Positions 12,930 through 26,152 of a stretch of DNA of 64,000 bases are shown here, one piece after another (within the stretch, counting starts at the first letter, position 1; each line of letters begins with the position of its first letter). Origin of the DNA: Octopus sinensis (lineage: Eukaryota); assembly GCF_006345805.1 (NCBI RefSeq), contig NW_021832834.1:37563-101562 (forward strand). The letters run 5' to 3'. Both the position numbers and the translations under genes were made by a program. The notes beneath the pieces were generated by a model. The model was not told the origin of the DNA, made no database searches, and saw only the letters and a list, made by a program, of their open reading frames with translations.

Positions 12930-14908
12930 CAACACAGTTCACCATTTAATATAAAGTTGTTCAGTTGTTCTGGAACATATACTCCAGAACATTCTGAATT
13001 CAATATGGGCAGCATGTGCAACATCAGTACCACACAAGCACAAAAAACCACCCAATAGTGCAATTTGGGAGACTGCAGCAGTCCGACTTGCCAGGAAAGA
13101 ACGCCGTAACGCTGAACAGGAATACAAATTGCACAAATCAGAGAGCAACAGGAAAAAACAAAATAGGTCAGCCAACCACCTCAAGCAGGTGACAAAAAAG
13201 ACAGTGCTTGAATTTGAACAACGCATTGCAGCTAACCCTGACAGCAAAGTGTTCTGGAAGTATGTGCACTCAAAGCAGAGACCCCACTCTCCAGTTGGTC
13301 CCCTTCGCAATCCCCACACAGGACCGATTACTGGCAATCCCGAAGAATGTGCAGAAATCATTGCTAGATGCTATGCCGGCATCTTTACTGTTGAAGACCG
13401 AAATGTTTCATCTTCATCACCACTGACACCGGACTCTATATCTATTATGCAATTTACACCAGCAATACTGCAACGCCACCTTAAGAATAAACGCAATTAT
13501 GCCTCTCCTGGTCTCGATGGTGTTACATACCTACTTCTCAAACGCGGTGGGTACTTTCTTCTAAGCCAACTTTCTCTATTCTTCCAATTCTGTCTTGACA
13601 ATGGTGTTACTCCAGAACAGGGGAAAACTGCCAGTGTCATCCCTCTGTTCAAAAAAGCGACCGCACATCGCCTGCCAACTATCGCCCCGTCAGTCTTACT
13701 GACTGCATCGCCAAACTGATGGAATCCTGTATCAGAGAAACCCTCTGGAACTTCTGGAAGTCTCACAGCCTCATCCAGCCGTCACAATTCGGATTTATTC
13801 CTAACTCCAGCTGCTGTAATCAACTCAGCGAGTTTCTTGAGGACGTTACCCAAATCACTGATCGCGGATACTGGGTGGATGTTGTTTACCTGGACTTTGC
13901 TAAGACTTTTAACTCTGTGCCACACAAAAGACTTATGGTGAAGCTTTCTGCGTTGGGTGTAAGAGACGAACTCTATAACTGGTTGAAGTCCTTTATTTTC
14001 GGCCGAAAAGAGGTTGTCACAGTTCTAGGACAGCACTCTTCGCGCTATGAGATGACATCTGGTGTACCACAGGGATCTGTTCTTGGCCCCCTTTTATTTG
14101 TTGCATATGTTAATGACATAGATGCCAACTTAAAGAATGCCACAGTGCTGAAATATGCAGATGACATCAAGCTGTACCTCGAAATAAAGAGGTCAAATCC
14201 TGTACACTATAGATCTCTATTGCAAGCAGACCTGGACACAATGCAGCAGTGGATCATGGACTGGCAATTCAAATCTGCGGCTTTATATAGCTATGGTAAG
14301 ACCTCACCTGGAATTTGCATCACCGGTCTGGAACCCCTATCTTGCCCAGGATATCAATCGTCTGGAAGCTGTTCCACGACGTGCAACCAAAAGAATACCC
14401 TCCATCAGGCATTTGCCATATCCTGAACGCCTTACTTCCCTGGGCATGGACACATTGAAACTCCGACGTCTGGCAGCTGACTTGGCAGACACCCATAAAA
14501 TTATCAACCATCGTAGAAACAATAACTCTGAGCACCTTTTCAAACTCCACCCATCTAACACCCGTGGACATATTTACAAAGTCAGAAAACAGCACAGCTC
14601 CCATGACTTCAGGAAACGTTTTTTCACGCTGAGAGTTGCTGAAGCTTGGAACAAACTGCCGGCATCAGTTGTTAGTTGTCGGAGCACTGCATCCTTCAAA
14701 ACTTCCATGCTTTCTGAGATTCGCCAACACTACACCTGATTTTCTCCCCTCCATACACACACAAGCATGTATCTGACTCATACATTGTTCGCTTTCCAGA
14801 CATTTGTACATTACTGCATGTACTTTATATGCACTTTCTGACAAGTTGTGGTGCACCTAAGCACTGTATACAATAATTTCATTATTATTATTATTATTAT
14901 TATTATAT
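12930..14908 (+). mobile_element. 5'-truncated CR1/L2-group LINE (frameshifted RT) with (ATT)n tail
   Basis: SPGLDG, YLDFAKTFNSVPH, GVPQGSVLGPLLF, YADD, VRPHLEFASPVWNPY and FFTLRVAEAWNKLP spread over ORFs 13129-14739; (att)n at 14878-14908. Confidence 0.9.
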
Positions 14909-15123
14909 TCATAAACAAGTATTTTTATGTTTTACAATGGAGTCCTGATAATTAAATCTTCATTGATAGTTTTTGTGATCACCTTTTTTTAATATGTATC
15001 GTGTTATTCCTCCATACTTTTGTAGTAACTCTTTTAATATGAGAGAAAACATCATCTACGATATAATTAAGCATGTTATCTATAATAGAAACAAATTTTA
15101 TTTTATAAAACAAATTTTATTTT

Positions 15124-15976
15124 ATATCAAAATGCTTCCGGCCTAGTTATGTTTAATAGAAATAACTTATTTACCTAAGGTTTAAAATAATCTCCTTCGA
15201 AATAGTCGCCTTGCGTAGGAATTCACCGGTCCCAGCATTGTCCCTGCCGCTTTTAGAATCTGGCATGGAAGTCTTTTTCTGTGAGTCGAGGACATTCTGC
15301 GATTCACTCTTGATCTTGACAACGGTGTTAAAACGGTTGTATTTTTACCCTGGTGAAGAAGTAGAAGTTAACAGGTGCCTAATTTAGCGAACACGGCAGG
15401 TGTGGAAGCGATAGCATTTTGTTTCTGGCGAGAAACTTACGAATGAGGAGGACTCAGTGACAGAGTGCATTGTTGCCATGAAGAATCCAATTCTTCGTGC
15501 TACACAGACCCTGTCGCTTTCGCAAGATCTTCTCAAACACTGATGAATTTTCTTCAAATATTAGGATGCGACGTTAATGACAGATTTTCCAGCACGCTCC
15601 TCGTTTTCCAATGACGTTCTTCCACTTATGAAACGCCCGCACCACTCGAAACATTTTGTAGGACTCATTATCTCTTCACATAAGTTTGCCGAAGCATGCT
15701 TAATGTGTTCGTTGCAGACTTCCCAAGTTAAACCCCTAATTTTACGTTAGCTCTTCATTATTCCAGCTTCCTGTCCATGACTAAAGTCGTAGACTACAGC
15801 AGACACGCGATCACAAAAGAAGACAAATTTCACAACTTGTGAAGTAAACACAGCGATATCACTCGGCACACAACCTCGTGAAGGTTACTGCTAGCTCTCA
15901 TGGCCACGCTACCGTGTGCTTCAATATGTTGGCGCGCAACAGAACTAGTCCGGGAACATTTTGATATCACTTCGTA
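15124..15976 (-). mobile_element. Internally deleted mariner element
   Basis: Left atatcaaaatgcttccggcctagttatgtt (15124-15153) is an inverted copy of right aacagaactagtccgggaacattttgatat (15938-15967). The right end finishes cttcg|TA. Minus-strand GDYFEGD near 15195-15210 and HTH-region CFEWCGRFISGRTSLENEER near 15600-15660. Confidence 0.8.
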
Positions 15977-16063
15977 TGGTCACAATTGCAGCTATATATC
16001 AAATATAAGAGATTATTGTTTTTAAACATTGATATTTTATGTAAGTTTTCTCATTGTTTCCAG

Positions 16064-16116
16064 GTTCAACTACCCGTGAAAGAACAGACGTTTTAATAGC
16101 AGAAACGATCACATAA
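16064..16116 (+). CDS. Candidate terminal exon of the adhesion GPCR
   Basis: ttttctcattgtttccAG acceptor. Phase-1 join gives (S)STTRERTDVLIAETIT* followed by AT-rich sequence with AATAAA motifs. Short, so no homology support. Confidence 0.4.
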
Positions 16117-17464
16117 CTAAAAATATGAAAAACAAATGGCTTTGAAAACCTCATTTTCCTCTATACATATTTCTATACAAAAGAACTTTATTTTTATCTA
16201 TCAATACAACACTATGAAACTGAGAGACTGTATAAAGCACAATGTGATTTAAACACGGTTTAGTACCCTTTCCTTTATGTTTAACACGCAAAATCTAAAA
16301 TCATATGGTTTGATTTGTAATTCTATAGATGTTTTCTAGCTGCCAATTTCACTTTTAATTTTCAGTATAATCTTCAGTTTTTCTTAATGAAGTAGTAAAT
16401 GTGTTTTGTTTGTACAATCTATTTTTCTTTTAGTTGAAGCATCGCAATATTGCAATCTTAGTTCAAATCGTGTCTGAGTAAGGGAGAGGGAGAGAGAGAG
16501 AGAGACATTGATTATTTGATCAGTTACTAATTACTCCTCTAAAAATGTGCATTATGGTTATTAGCTGATTAGATTTATAATCCGTTATCTAATTATTATT
16601 ATTATTATTATCAGGTCTCTCACTTGTCATTGTCTTACTTAATCTGATAATAAACATTTCACAAACCACTGCGTTTACAACCAGAGAAATGTATGTATTT
16701 CTGCCTCTTAACTTGTATTCTCTTTAAACATTAACACAAACATTTGTATTCGCATCCCGGACTGACTACATTGAATCAATCAGGAGTTTGGTACCAAATA
16801 ATTTCAAAAACTTACATAACATCTAATTACCATTGATGATTCGTTGAGAGAAATAAACAAAAGTTTATAATAAATTGCTTATGTTTACACATCCTGTTGC
16901 TTATAATTATATCCGTACAAGTGTGGGTTAGAATTTCTCCATATAACATGATAGGGCAATAATTGAAAATTCAACCACCTTTACCTTATTTTCGTTTCAT
17001 TAAGAATATTCACAAAGATGGATGAGATGGGAACTCAGAAATCTGTGACTTGAAAGTGATATGAAATATATGACATACACATCCAGCCCATACCAGTTTG
17101 GAGAATTAACATAAAACACTTTGATGATACTAATAATGATGACACGCAACTTAACATTCACCTCAAATACAAAAAACATAAATGGATCATGATTATAAAA
17201 GAAAGAAATGATAAAATTAGATAAATTAAGAAAACTTAGTGGAAATTCCATAGGTTTCGCAACTGAACATAACTTATAAACATCTTTTTCAATTCAAACT
17301 CTTTCTTCCCAAATATAACTTACTTAGCATAATATGCCCAGTAATTTTTAAAAAGGCTCAATATAAATTTTCTTTGATGAATAAGTATTGTTTAAGTTAA
17401 AATACACAAAGATAAATAATTAATGAAAAAACTTATTCAGACTTCACAGGGCTAAACTATCATT

Positions 17465-17640
17465 TATTACATCCGCCTTAGCGAAGGCGGAGACATTGTT
17501 TTCAGATGTAGTTGTTTGTCCGTGGACAAGATATCACAAGAACCATGGGATGGATTCGACGAAAGGTTCAGGTATGTTTGTCCTGACAAGCACTAACTGA
17601 TTAGATCTTGGAAGTTACCCGGTACCGGACAAGAATTCTG
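17465..17640. mobile_element. Probable non-autonomous DNA-element fragment (Crypton/Helentron-like start)
   Basis: ttattacatccgccttagcgaaggcggag...gttgtttgtccgtggacaagatatc resembles the ttacctccgcc..ggaggttatgtt class of interspersed repeats. Recognised by pattern only. Confidence 0.3.
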
Positions 17641-17959
17641 GGTTATTCGTTACATTTACTTTACATAATTACGATCTTAAGTCAACATTCAACTGTTTCC
17701 TAATTATCTCCCTTTAGGCTGTAACTATTTTCAATGGTGAATTTGGTAACTTAGGCTTGTATTAGTTAAGCACCTTTACTGATATAAATGTCAATATGGT
17801 TATATAAAATACAATGTTAAACGGTTAAATCGTCTTTGCTGTGTGGGATCCTTTATTCTTATATAAGATATTTCTATCATCAAATGATCTTTGACACTGA
17901 AACAGTAACTTTTCTGTACAATTAGATCCACGTATAGTTGTCTTTTTTTAATAAGCCAC

Positions 17960-18520
17960 AATATCAGTGAGATGCCTCAGTAATATGCTTTCTCTTCTGA
18001 ATGAAAAGAACCATTTTGAGAGAATAATTTACCACAGATATAACAGTGATATGTTTTTTTTTCTCCAGTATGAATATGTTTGTGTAAAGTTACTTTACTA
18101 CTTGTTGGGAACGATTTCGCATAAACATCGTATTGGAATGGTCTCTCTCCTGTATCAATTCCTTTTGAATAGTTAAAATAGTCATTTGTTAGAATGATTT
18201 ACCACATACATCATAGAGATATTGGTTTCTTTCCGCTGTATGAGTGCATTTGTGTTTAGTCAGGCCACAATTTCTAGAGAAAGATTTCCCAGAGACACCA
18301 CAATGGTATGGTTTCGCTCTCCGATGAATGAATTTATTCTTAGTTAAATGGCTTCTTACAGAGAAAGGTTTACCACAAACAGAACACTAATATCGTTTCT
18401 CGTCTGTAAACGGATTTACCACAGATATTAAAATGATAAGGCTTCTCTCCCGTATGAATCTATGTGTATTAACTTAGTGCCCTGAGTTTCAAACTGGTAT
18501 GAGCCCATACGTAAACTTAG
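17960..18520 (-). pseudogene. Decayed C2H2 zinc-finger array
   Basis: Minus strand: HTGEKPYHFNICGKS, CSVCGKPFSVRSHLTKNKFIHRRAKPYHC, HKHIHTGEKK.YHCYICGKLFSQNGS, with in-frame stops and frameshifts. Confidence 0.85.
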
Positions 18521-18601
18521 CAACGACGAGAAAGTTTTAGTAAGTACGAATGAAGATATATAATAAATCTCTGAGCGAGGTATAAACAGTAGCTGCACGA
18601 C

Positions 18602-18788
18602 ATCGTGAAGTATATTTGTCACATAAATATGGCTAACCCTTAAAGATGGCTTCCCTTTGCAAATACAGATAGGGCACAGAAAGTGCGTCAATAGCCAGCT
18701 GGAGGAGGTGTCCTCCTAGGGCTACAAGCTACAGTAGCATCCACCCTTAAGGGTTAGGCACATTTAAGTGACAAATATACTTCACGAT
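18602..18788. mobile_element. 187-bp MITE with ~43-bp TIRs
   Basis: atcgtgaagtatatttgtcacataaatatggctaacccttaa at 18602 and its near-perfect reverse complement ending at 18788. Confidence 0.75.
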
Positions 18789-18798
18789 ACATATATTT

Positions 18799-18874
<76 letters not shown>

Positions 18875-18969
18875 TTGTATGTATAAAAATAAATATATAT
18901 ATATACATAAATATACATATGTACATAGATATATATATACATATATAAACATATATATATATATATATC

Positions 18970-21900
18970 ACTACTGCCAGAATAGAAAAACCACTACTAC
19001 AACCAAATAAAATCCCCTGCCGTTACTATTCTAAAGGCAATTGTAGATTTGGCCCCAGCGGCACAAACAACAATGGACGCTGTGCTTTTTCCCATCCGAC
19101 CTTATGTCGTAGACTTGTTATGGGCACCTGTCCATACGGGATAACAGGAAAAAATTGCCCCCACCTCCACCCCAAATACTGTCCTAAATACAGAATCTAT
19201 GGTTCTGATCCTAAATACGGATGCATAAAAGGCAATGGATGCACCTTATTCCATCCTAAACTGTGCCAAACTTCTGTCTCACAAAGGATGTGCCTGAACC
19301 CAGAATGCAACCACCACCATCTGAAGGGCACAAAACGATCACAGAATAAATATAAACAGGAACAGAGGAAATCTAGGACAACAACAAGAACAAAATACAA
19401 CCACGTCTCCCCTCCTACAATCAAACAACGTAGACAGAACCATGAAAAAACACCAAATAACGCCAACATGAAATATGTATCCTCTGACCAAGTGGCAAAC
19501 CAAACAAGTAACTCTTTTTTACTGACATACCTAGAAAATATGAAGGCCGACCTAAGCCAGGAGATCCAGCGAGCTATCACCAACCATCTATGCAAATCAC
19601 AAGGACCACTCACCCATTACCAACTTCCCTTACCTCGACATTCCTGTTAAATGTACGTGGCATCAACCCATCAATTATTGCCCAAAAATGGAAGATCCCA
19701 TATATAGAGAGTTGGCTTGCCGAAATGGCACATTGCTTCCCTTTCTTTATCCTTACCGAGACTCACCTGAACAACACCCATATGGACGCAGAGGTGAAAA
19801 TAAAAGATTTCACCATTGTTCGTGCGGATCGCACAGACCGAAATAAGGGAGGGACAGCCATCTTTATCCATGACTCCTTTTCACTTGATGCCAAGGACAT
19901 ATTTTCCAATTGCTACTGTGAATCGGTATCACTATACAACAAAGCCAAGGACATAACCATTGTTGGTCTTTACAGGCCTCCCCAGGCACCTCTAAAGTAC
20001 TTTGAAGAGTGCCTTAGCAAAGTCAAGTCTTTCCTTCGGAAGTACCACTCCGGAAACATAATAGTGATGGGTGATTTTAACCTCCCTCATGTGAACTGGC
20101 CCACAAATACTCTGAAGTTAGGCAAGTGCTCTACATCAGATAGAGCAGCAGCAGAACTGCTCTTTAATCTGATGGATGAGTATTTCCTGACTCAGCTAGT
20201 GCTTGAACCAACGATACAGAATAAAACGATCTTGGATCTGGTATTGACCAACCACTCTAGCTACGTTCACAGTATTTCAGTCGAAAAAACTCTCCTCTCA
20301 GACCACGACATGGTACTCTGCAATCTTAATTCCCGACATATAAGAACCAAACCAGCCAATCCCACTCCATAGCACCCATTTGACAACATAAACTTCCACA
20401 AAGCGGACTGGGGAACAATCAGAAAGAATCTGTCTTCCATTGACTGGTCTTTTACTCTCAATTCCCCTCATATTGAGACCGCGTGGCAGCACTTTGAAAA
20501 CATTGTCACCTATACATGCTCTAAACACGCTCCCAAGAAATCTAGTAACACAAACAGAAACCGGCTCCCTAAAAAGAAAAAAAACACTCATCAGGCGCAT
20601 CAAAAGACTCAACAAAAAAATCAACCAATTAAAATATTCCCACACACAACATCCACATTCAACAACAATGAAAAGACTAGAGCTGGAAAAACTTCATCTG
20701 CAGACCAACATGAAAACCTCCATTGAAAGGAACAATGGGTAATCAAAAACATCAAACAGAACCCAAAAGTGTTCTATTCTTATGCAAATAAGCATAGAAC
20801 CACTGTCTCACCCATTGGGCCATTGATTGATGAAAACGGCATTCCCCAACACGATGCTAAAGAAATGGCAGAAATACTGCAGAAACGATCCTGCTCTGTC
20901 TTCAGTGTTCCCACTGATATTGACGTAAGGGAAACGAACGAAGTTGACTCCCAACACAAAATCTCAGACATAACCTTCACTGCCACCGACATCGTAGCAG
21001 CAATAAATGAGGTCAAACATTACTCTGCTGTAGGCCCTGATAGATTTCCCGCTAGTCTCCTGAAGGAATGTAGATACCAACTTGCAGTCCCTCTAACCAA
21101 CCTCTGGAGAAATTCGTTAGACGCAGGTTATATACCGGAACAGTTTCCATCCCAGTTGGTCATCCCGGTTTTCAAACAGGGAAACTGATCCCTCGCAGTC
21201 AACTATCGCCCAATCTCACTCACCTCCCACATCATTAAAATGTTTGAAAGAGTGTTAAGATCAAGGATAGCTGACTTCCTGGAGACCCACAAACTCCTAA
21301 ATGCAAATCAGCATGGCTTTCGCTGTGGCAGGGACTGTCTAACACAGCTCTTACACCACATTGAAGATGTACTCAAAGCCTTGGGAACAGGTTCGAACTC
21401 TAACGTCATATATCTTGACTTCAGTAAAGCGTTCGACAGGGTAGACCATAACAGCCTACTCTCAAAATTGGCAAACGTTGGAATCCGTGGGAAAGTTCTA
21501 CACTGGATTCAGTATTTCCTGGCGAATAGAACACAACATTGTAGTTTATGGAGTCCACTCAAACCCAGCAAAAGTCACCAGCGGTGTTCCCCAGGGAACT
21601 GTTTTGGGTCCGCTACTCTTCATAATTTACGTAAACGACCTTTCCAGTGTCGTACATTACTGCAAAGTGAAAATATTTGCTGATGACACTAAGCTCCAGC
21701 AAATCGTCAATGAAGAAGCAGACCGAACTCAACTCCAGTCTGATCTATATGCTGTGAGTCAATGGGCAGACAGAAACAAAATGCAACTGAATGAGGGAAA
21801 ATTTGAGCTGATGCATTTTGGAAGAAATTCCTCACTAAAACAACCATACTCTCTTCCTTCAGGGGAACCGCTCACAGCCTCTAACAATATCAGAGACCTG

Positions 21901-22690
21901 GGTGTAATTGTTGATGACGATCTCAGTTGGAGTGCACACATCAACAAGAAGGTCGATATAGCTCGTAGGATGAGTTCCTGGATCTTAAGAACTTTCCGGT
22001 CCAGAGAACAAGGTGTCATCATACCACTTTTTTCCTCCTTTGTCCGGCCACACCTTGAATACTGCTGCCCATGTGGTCTCCTCACACAAGACAAAACATC
22101 TCCAGAATTGAGTCACCCCAGAGGGCACCCACTAAACAAATTGAAGGCATGGCTGCTCTCGATTATTGGGATCGCCTTAAAGCCTTGAAACTTTACTCCC
22201 TCCAGCGTCGCCGTGAGCGGTACATCATTTGTACGATGTGGAAAATATACCGCCAACTTTGCCCAAACGACCTAAACATTAGCTTCAAGGTTCATCCAAG
22301 ACTTGGACCACGGGCTATACGTCCCCTGCCCAATTCAAGATCACAACATACATGTACACTGCAACATAATTTCTTTTCCTCAACAGGCCCTGCCCTATTT
22401 AACATTGTCCTGAGGGAGATCAAAGAGGAAAAGGATCCCACCAACTTTAAACAGAGTCTGGATAGATTCCTTCAAAGAATACCAGATAAGCCACCCATAA
22501 TTGGATACAACTCACCCAACAAGAACTCACTACTTGAACAAAACTGGATACAACTCACCCAACAAGAACTCACTACTTGAACAAAACTTGACTTAAACAG
22601 GATTCGAATAATCCTATCAGGTGGTGCTATTAAGTTAGACATGGCCTGGACCAATCTTTGGTCGAAACATATCTAAGTTTATCTAAGTTT
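18970..22690 (+). mobile_element. CR1/L2-group LINE #1: ORF1 with tandem CCCH fingers plus frameshifted APE-RT ORF2
   Basis: ORF1 frame is open from about 18961 to 19650. ORF2 motifs: NVRG, LTETHL, YRPP, GDFNLP, LDLVL, SDH, AVGPD, YLDFSKAFDRVDH, GVPQGTVLGP, FADD. Tail (tatctaagtt)n near 22672-22692. Confidence 0.92.
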
Positions 22691-22878
22691 ATATATATAT
22701 ATATAATTCTTAGGAAATATATATAACTGCTAAAAAGAAGTGCTATGGTCGAATCTGATACAAAAGATAGGAATTAAGATATAAACTGAACTTAGGCAAT
22801 CATATTCATGCATTATAAATTCGACTTAAAATGCGTATATATTTTTTAATACATATCGAAACATATTTCATGTATGTT

Positions 22879-22973
<95 letters not shown>

Positions 22974-23164
22974 CTGTGTGTGTGTGTGTCTGTGTGTCTG
23001 TGTGTGTGAATTATGACTATTATAATTTAATAATGTATATATAGAACTCCCTTGTTGACCACGTATCAGACGGGTTTCACATACTAATGTAGCACAATCA
23101 ACGGTAGTGTCCCAGCATGGCCACAGCTTTCGGGATGAAACAATTTTAAGGATTTATATATATA

Positions 23165-23330
23165 TATATATAGGGAGATGAGAATGTCTGTCTGTCTGTG
23201 TGAATCCGTAAAACTTGAGAACTACACAACAAAATTCATTCACATTTTACACATGCCTTATTTAGAGTCCATGTAGTATCATAGGCCCAAAAATGTTTAA
23301 CTTCTTGGCTAGTGCGCGCCCACATGAAAA
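23165..23330 (+). mobile_element. Probable non-autonomous Helitron 5' fragment
   Basis: (TA)n, then gagaatgtctgtctgtctgtgtg...aacttgagaactacac, typical of Helitron-derived interspersed repeats. No 3' CTAG end identified. Confidence 0.4.
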
Positions 23331-23503
23331 GCATATATTCTCCACTATTTAAGTATTACGTTTCAAAAGTGTAACATCTCTCTATTGTAAGGTCAGATAT
23401 ATTAACTGTAATAGTTTCACTTCAATACTGAACCTATTAAAGCGAATCTATTATCTCACATATATACAGGAATACATACATATACACATACATACTTATA
23501 TAC

Positions 23504-23573
<70 letters not shown>

Positions 23574-23623
23574 TACACATATATATTATGTATATATATA
23601 TATATATATGACTGTGTGTGTGA

Positions 23624-23708
<85 letters not shown>

Positions 23709-23987
23709 CTGTGTGTGTGAATATATATATATAATATATAAATAGATGCATATATATATACATGTATATCTATGTATATATATAGATGTATATGTATATA
23801 TATATATGTATGTATGTACAGATGTATATGTATACATGTATATGTTTATATGTATATATGTATGTATATATATATATATGTAATGTAATATGTACACATG
23901 TATATATATATAAATACACATATATACATGCATAGATATATACACCCATGCACACATACATACACACAAAAATATATATACATAAGT

Positions 23988-24150
23988 GCAGGTGTGGCAG
24001 TGTGGTAACAAATTTGATTCCAAAACACAGGGTCCTGGGCTCAGTCCCACTGTGTGGTGAGTTGGCATGTGTCTTCTGTTATAGCCTGAGACCAACCAAA
24101 GCCTTGTCAGTGAATTTTGTAGACAGAAACTGATATCCAGCAATCGTATA
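23988..24150 (+). mobile_element. tRNA-headed CORE-like SINE, 5' half
   Basis: tgcaggtgtggcagtgtggtaa (A-box-like), gggctcagtccc (B-box-like), then ggcatgtgtcttctgttatagcctgagaccaaccaaagccttg. Same family at 59635-59770. Confidence 0.75.
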
Positions 24151-24261
24151 TATATACACATACATATATATATTAAAAGCGAAGGTGACATACGAATGGG
24201 TATATATTTATAAAATAGAAGTTTAAAAACGCCACTATATGAGATAAATTTTTATTTTCTT

Positions 24262-24318
24262 AGAGATATTACATGTATCGGTTCTTCTTGAAGAAACGAA
24301 CCTCATCAAAAATATTTT
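24262..24318 (-). ncRNA. Degenerate type-I hammerhead-like motif (PLE type)
   Basis: Minus strand: tTGATGA-GGTTC-loop-GAACC-GAtA-CATG-TA. Two core substitutions; weak stem I. Confidence 0.5.
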
Positions 24319-24425
24319 AATAAAATTAAGTGTAATAAAAAGTTCATAATTATTTCTTACTAGTCTCAACAAAGTCCACGTGGTGGTGTTTTGTGTGGGT
24401 GGGGAGTATACCGGCTGTCTTTTGA

Positions 24426-24483
24426 GTTGACTAGATTCGTTGGCTGTAATTTTTCACAATTACATCCAACGAATCTAGTCAAC
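24426..24483. other. 58-nt near-perfect hairpin
   Basis: gttgactagattcgttgg pairs with ccaacgaatctagtcaac (18 bp), then a C/T mismatch, tgtaatt/aattaca (7 bp) and a 6-nt loop. Confidence 0.9.
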
Positions 24484-24758
24484 GCACAATAAGAACATGA
24501 TACTTTGACAAGAAGAAACTGATAGAATCAGTACCAGACTTATCAAAATTTAAAAAAAGGCACAAGGCAGCGTCTCATATTTTTCTTTGCCCACTCAGTT
24601 GTATACATCTTTTTATCTTTTTGTGTATATATATATATATATATTGTGTGTTTCTTAAATGGCTTATAAACACCTTCCACGCTGCAATTGTTTTCGTTTC
24701 AGCACACGATCTCAGATCAAATTACTTGCTATGCGAGTACATCTCCGTAATATATATA

Positions 24759-24834
<76 letters not shown>

Positions 24835-24838
24835 TATA

Positions 24839-24896
<58 letters not shown>

Positions 24897-24909
24897 TATA
24901 TATATATAT

Positions 24910-25861
<952 letters not shown>

Positions 25862-25930
25862 TTTGATAGGTTTCGGCCATTATTGGCCCAGGACATGTCT
25901 AACTTAATAGCACCACCTGGTGCTATATAC

Positions 25931-26010
<80 letters not shown>

Positions 26011-26152
26011 ATAATATATATAAATATATATATAATATATATATATAATATAATATATATATATATATATAATATATATATATTATATATATATATACAT
26101 ATATATATATATGTATATAGCACCAGGTGCTATAATCATGTTCATCATTTCC

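Noticed and set aside
16833-16870. Hammerhead-like tTGATGA...GAAA-TAAAC-aaaa-GTTTA-TA
   Set aside because: Stem II is only about 2 bp without the G-C closing pair, and there is no stem I. This could be chance in AT-rich DNA.
22655-22680. Hairpin plus GAAAC at the LINE tail as a hammerhead
   Set aside because: No CTGANGA precedes the stem; interpreted as a LINE 3' recognition stem-loop instead.
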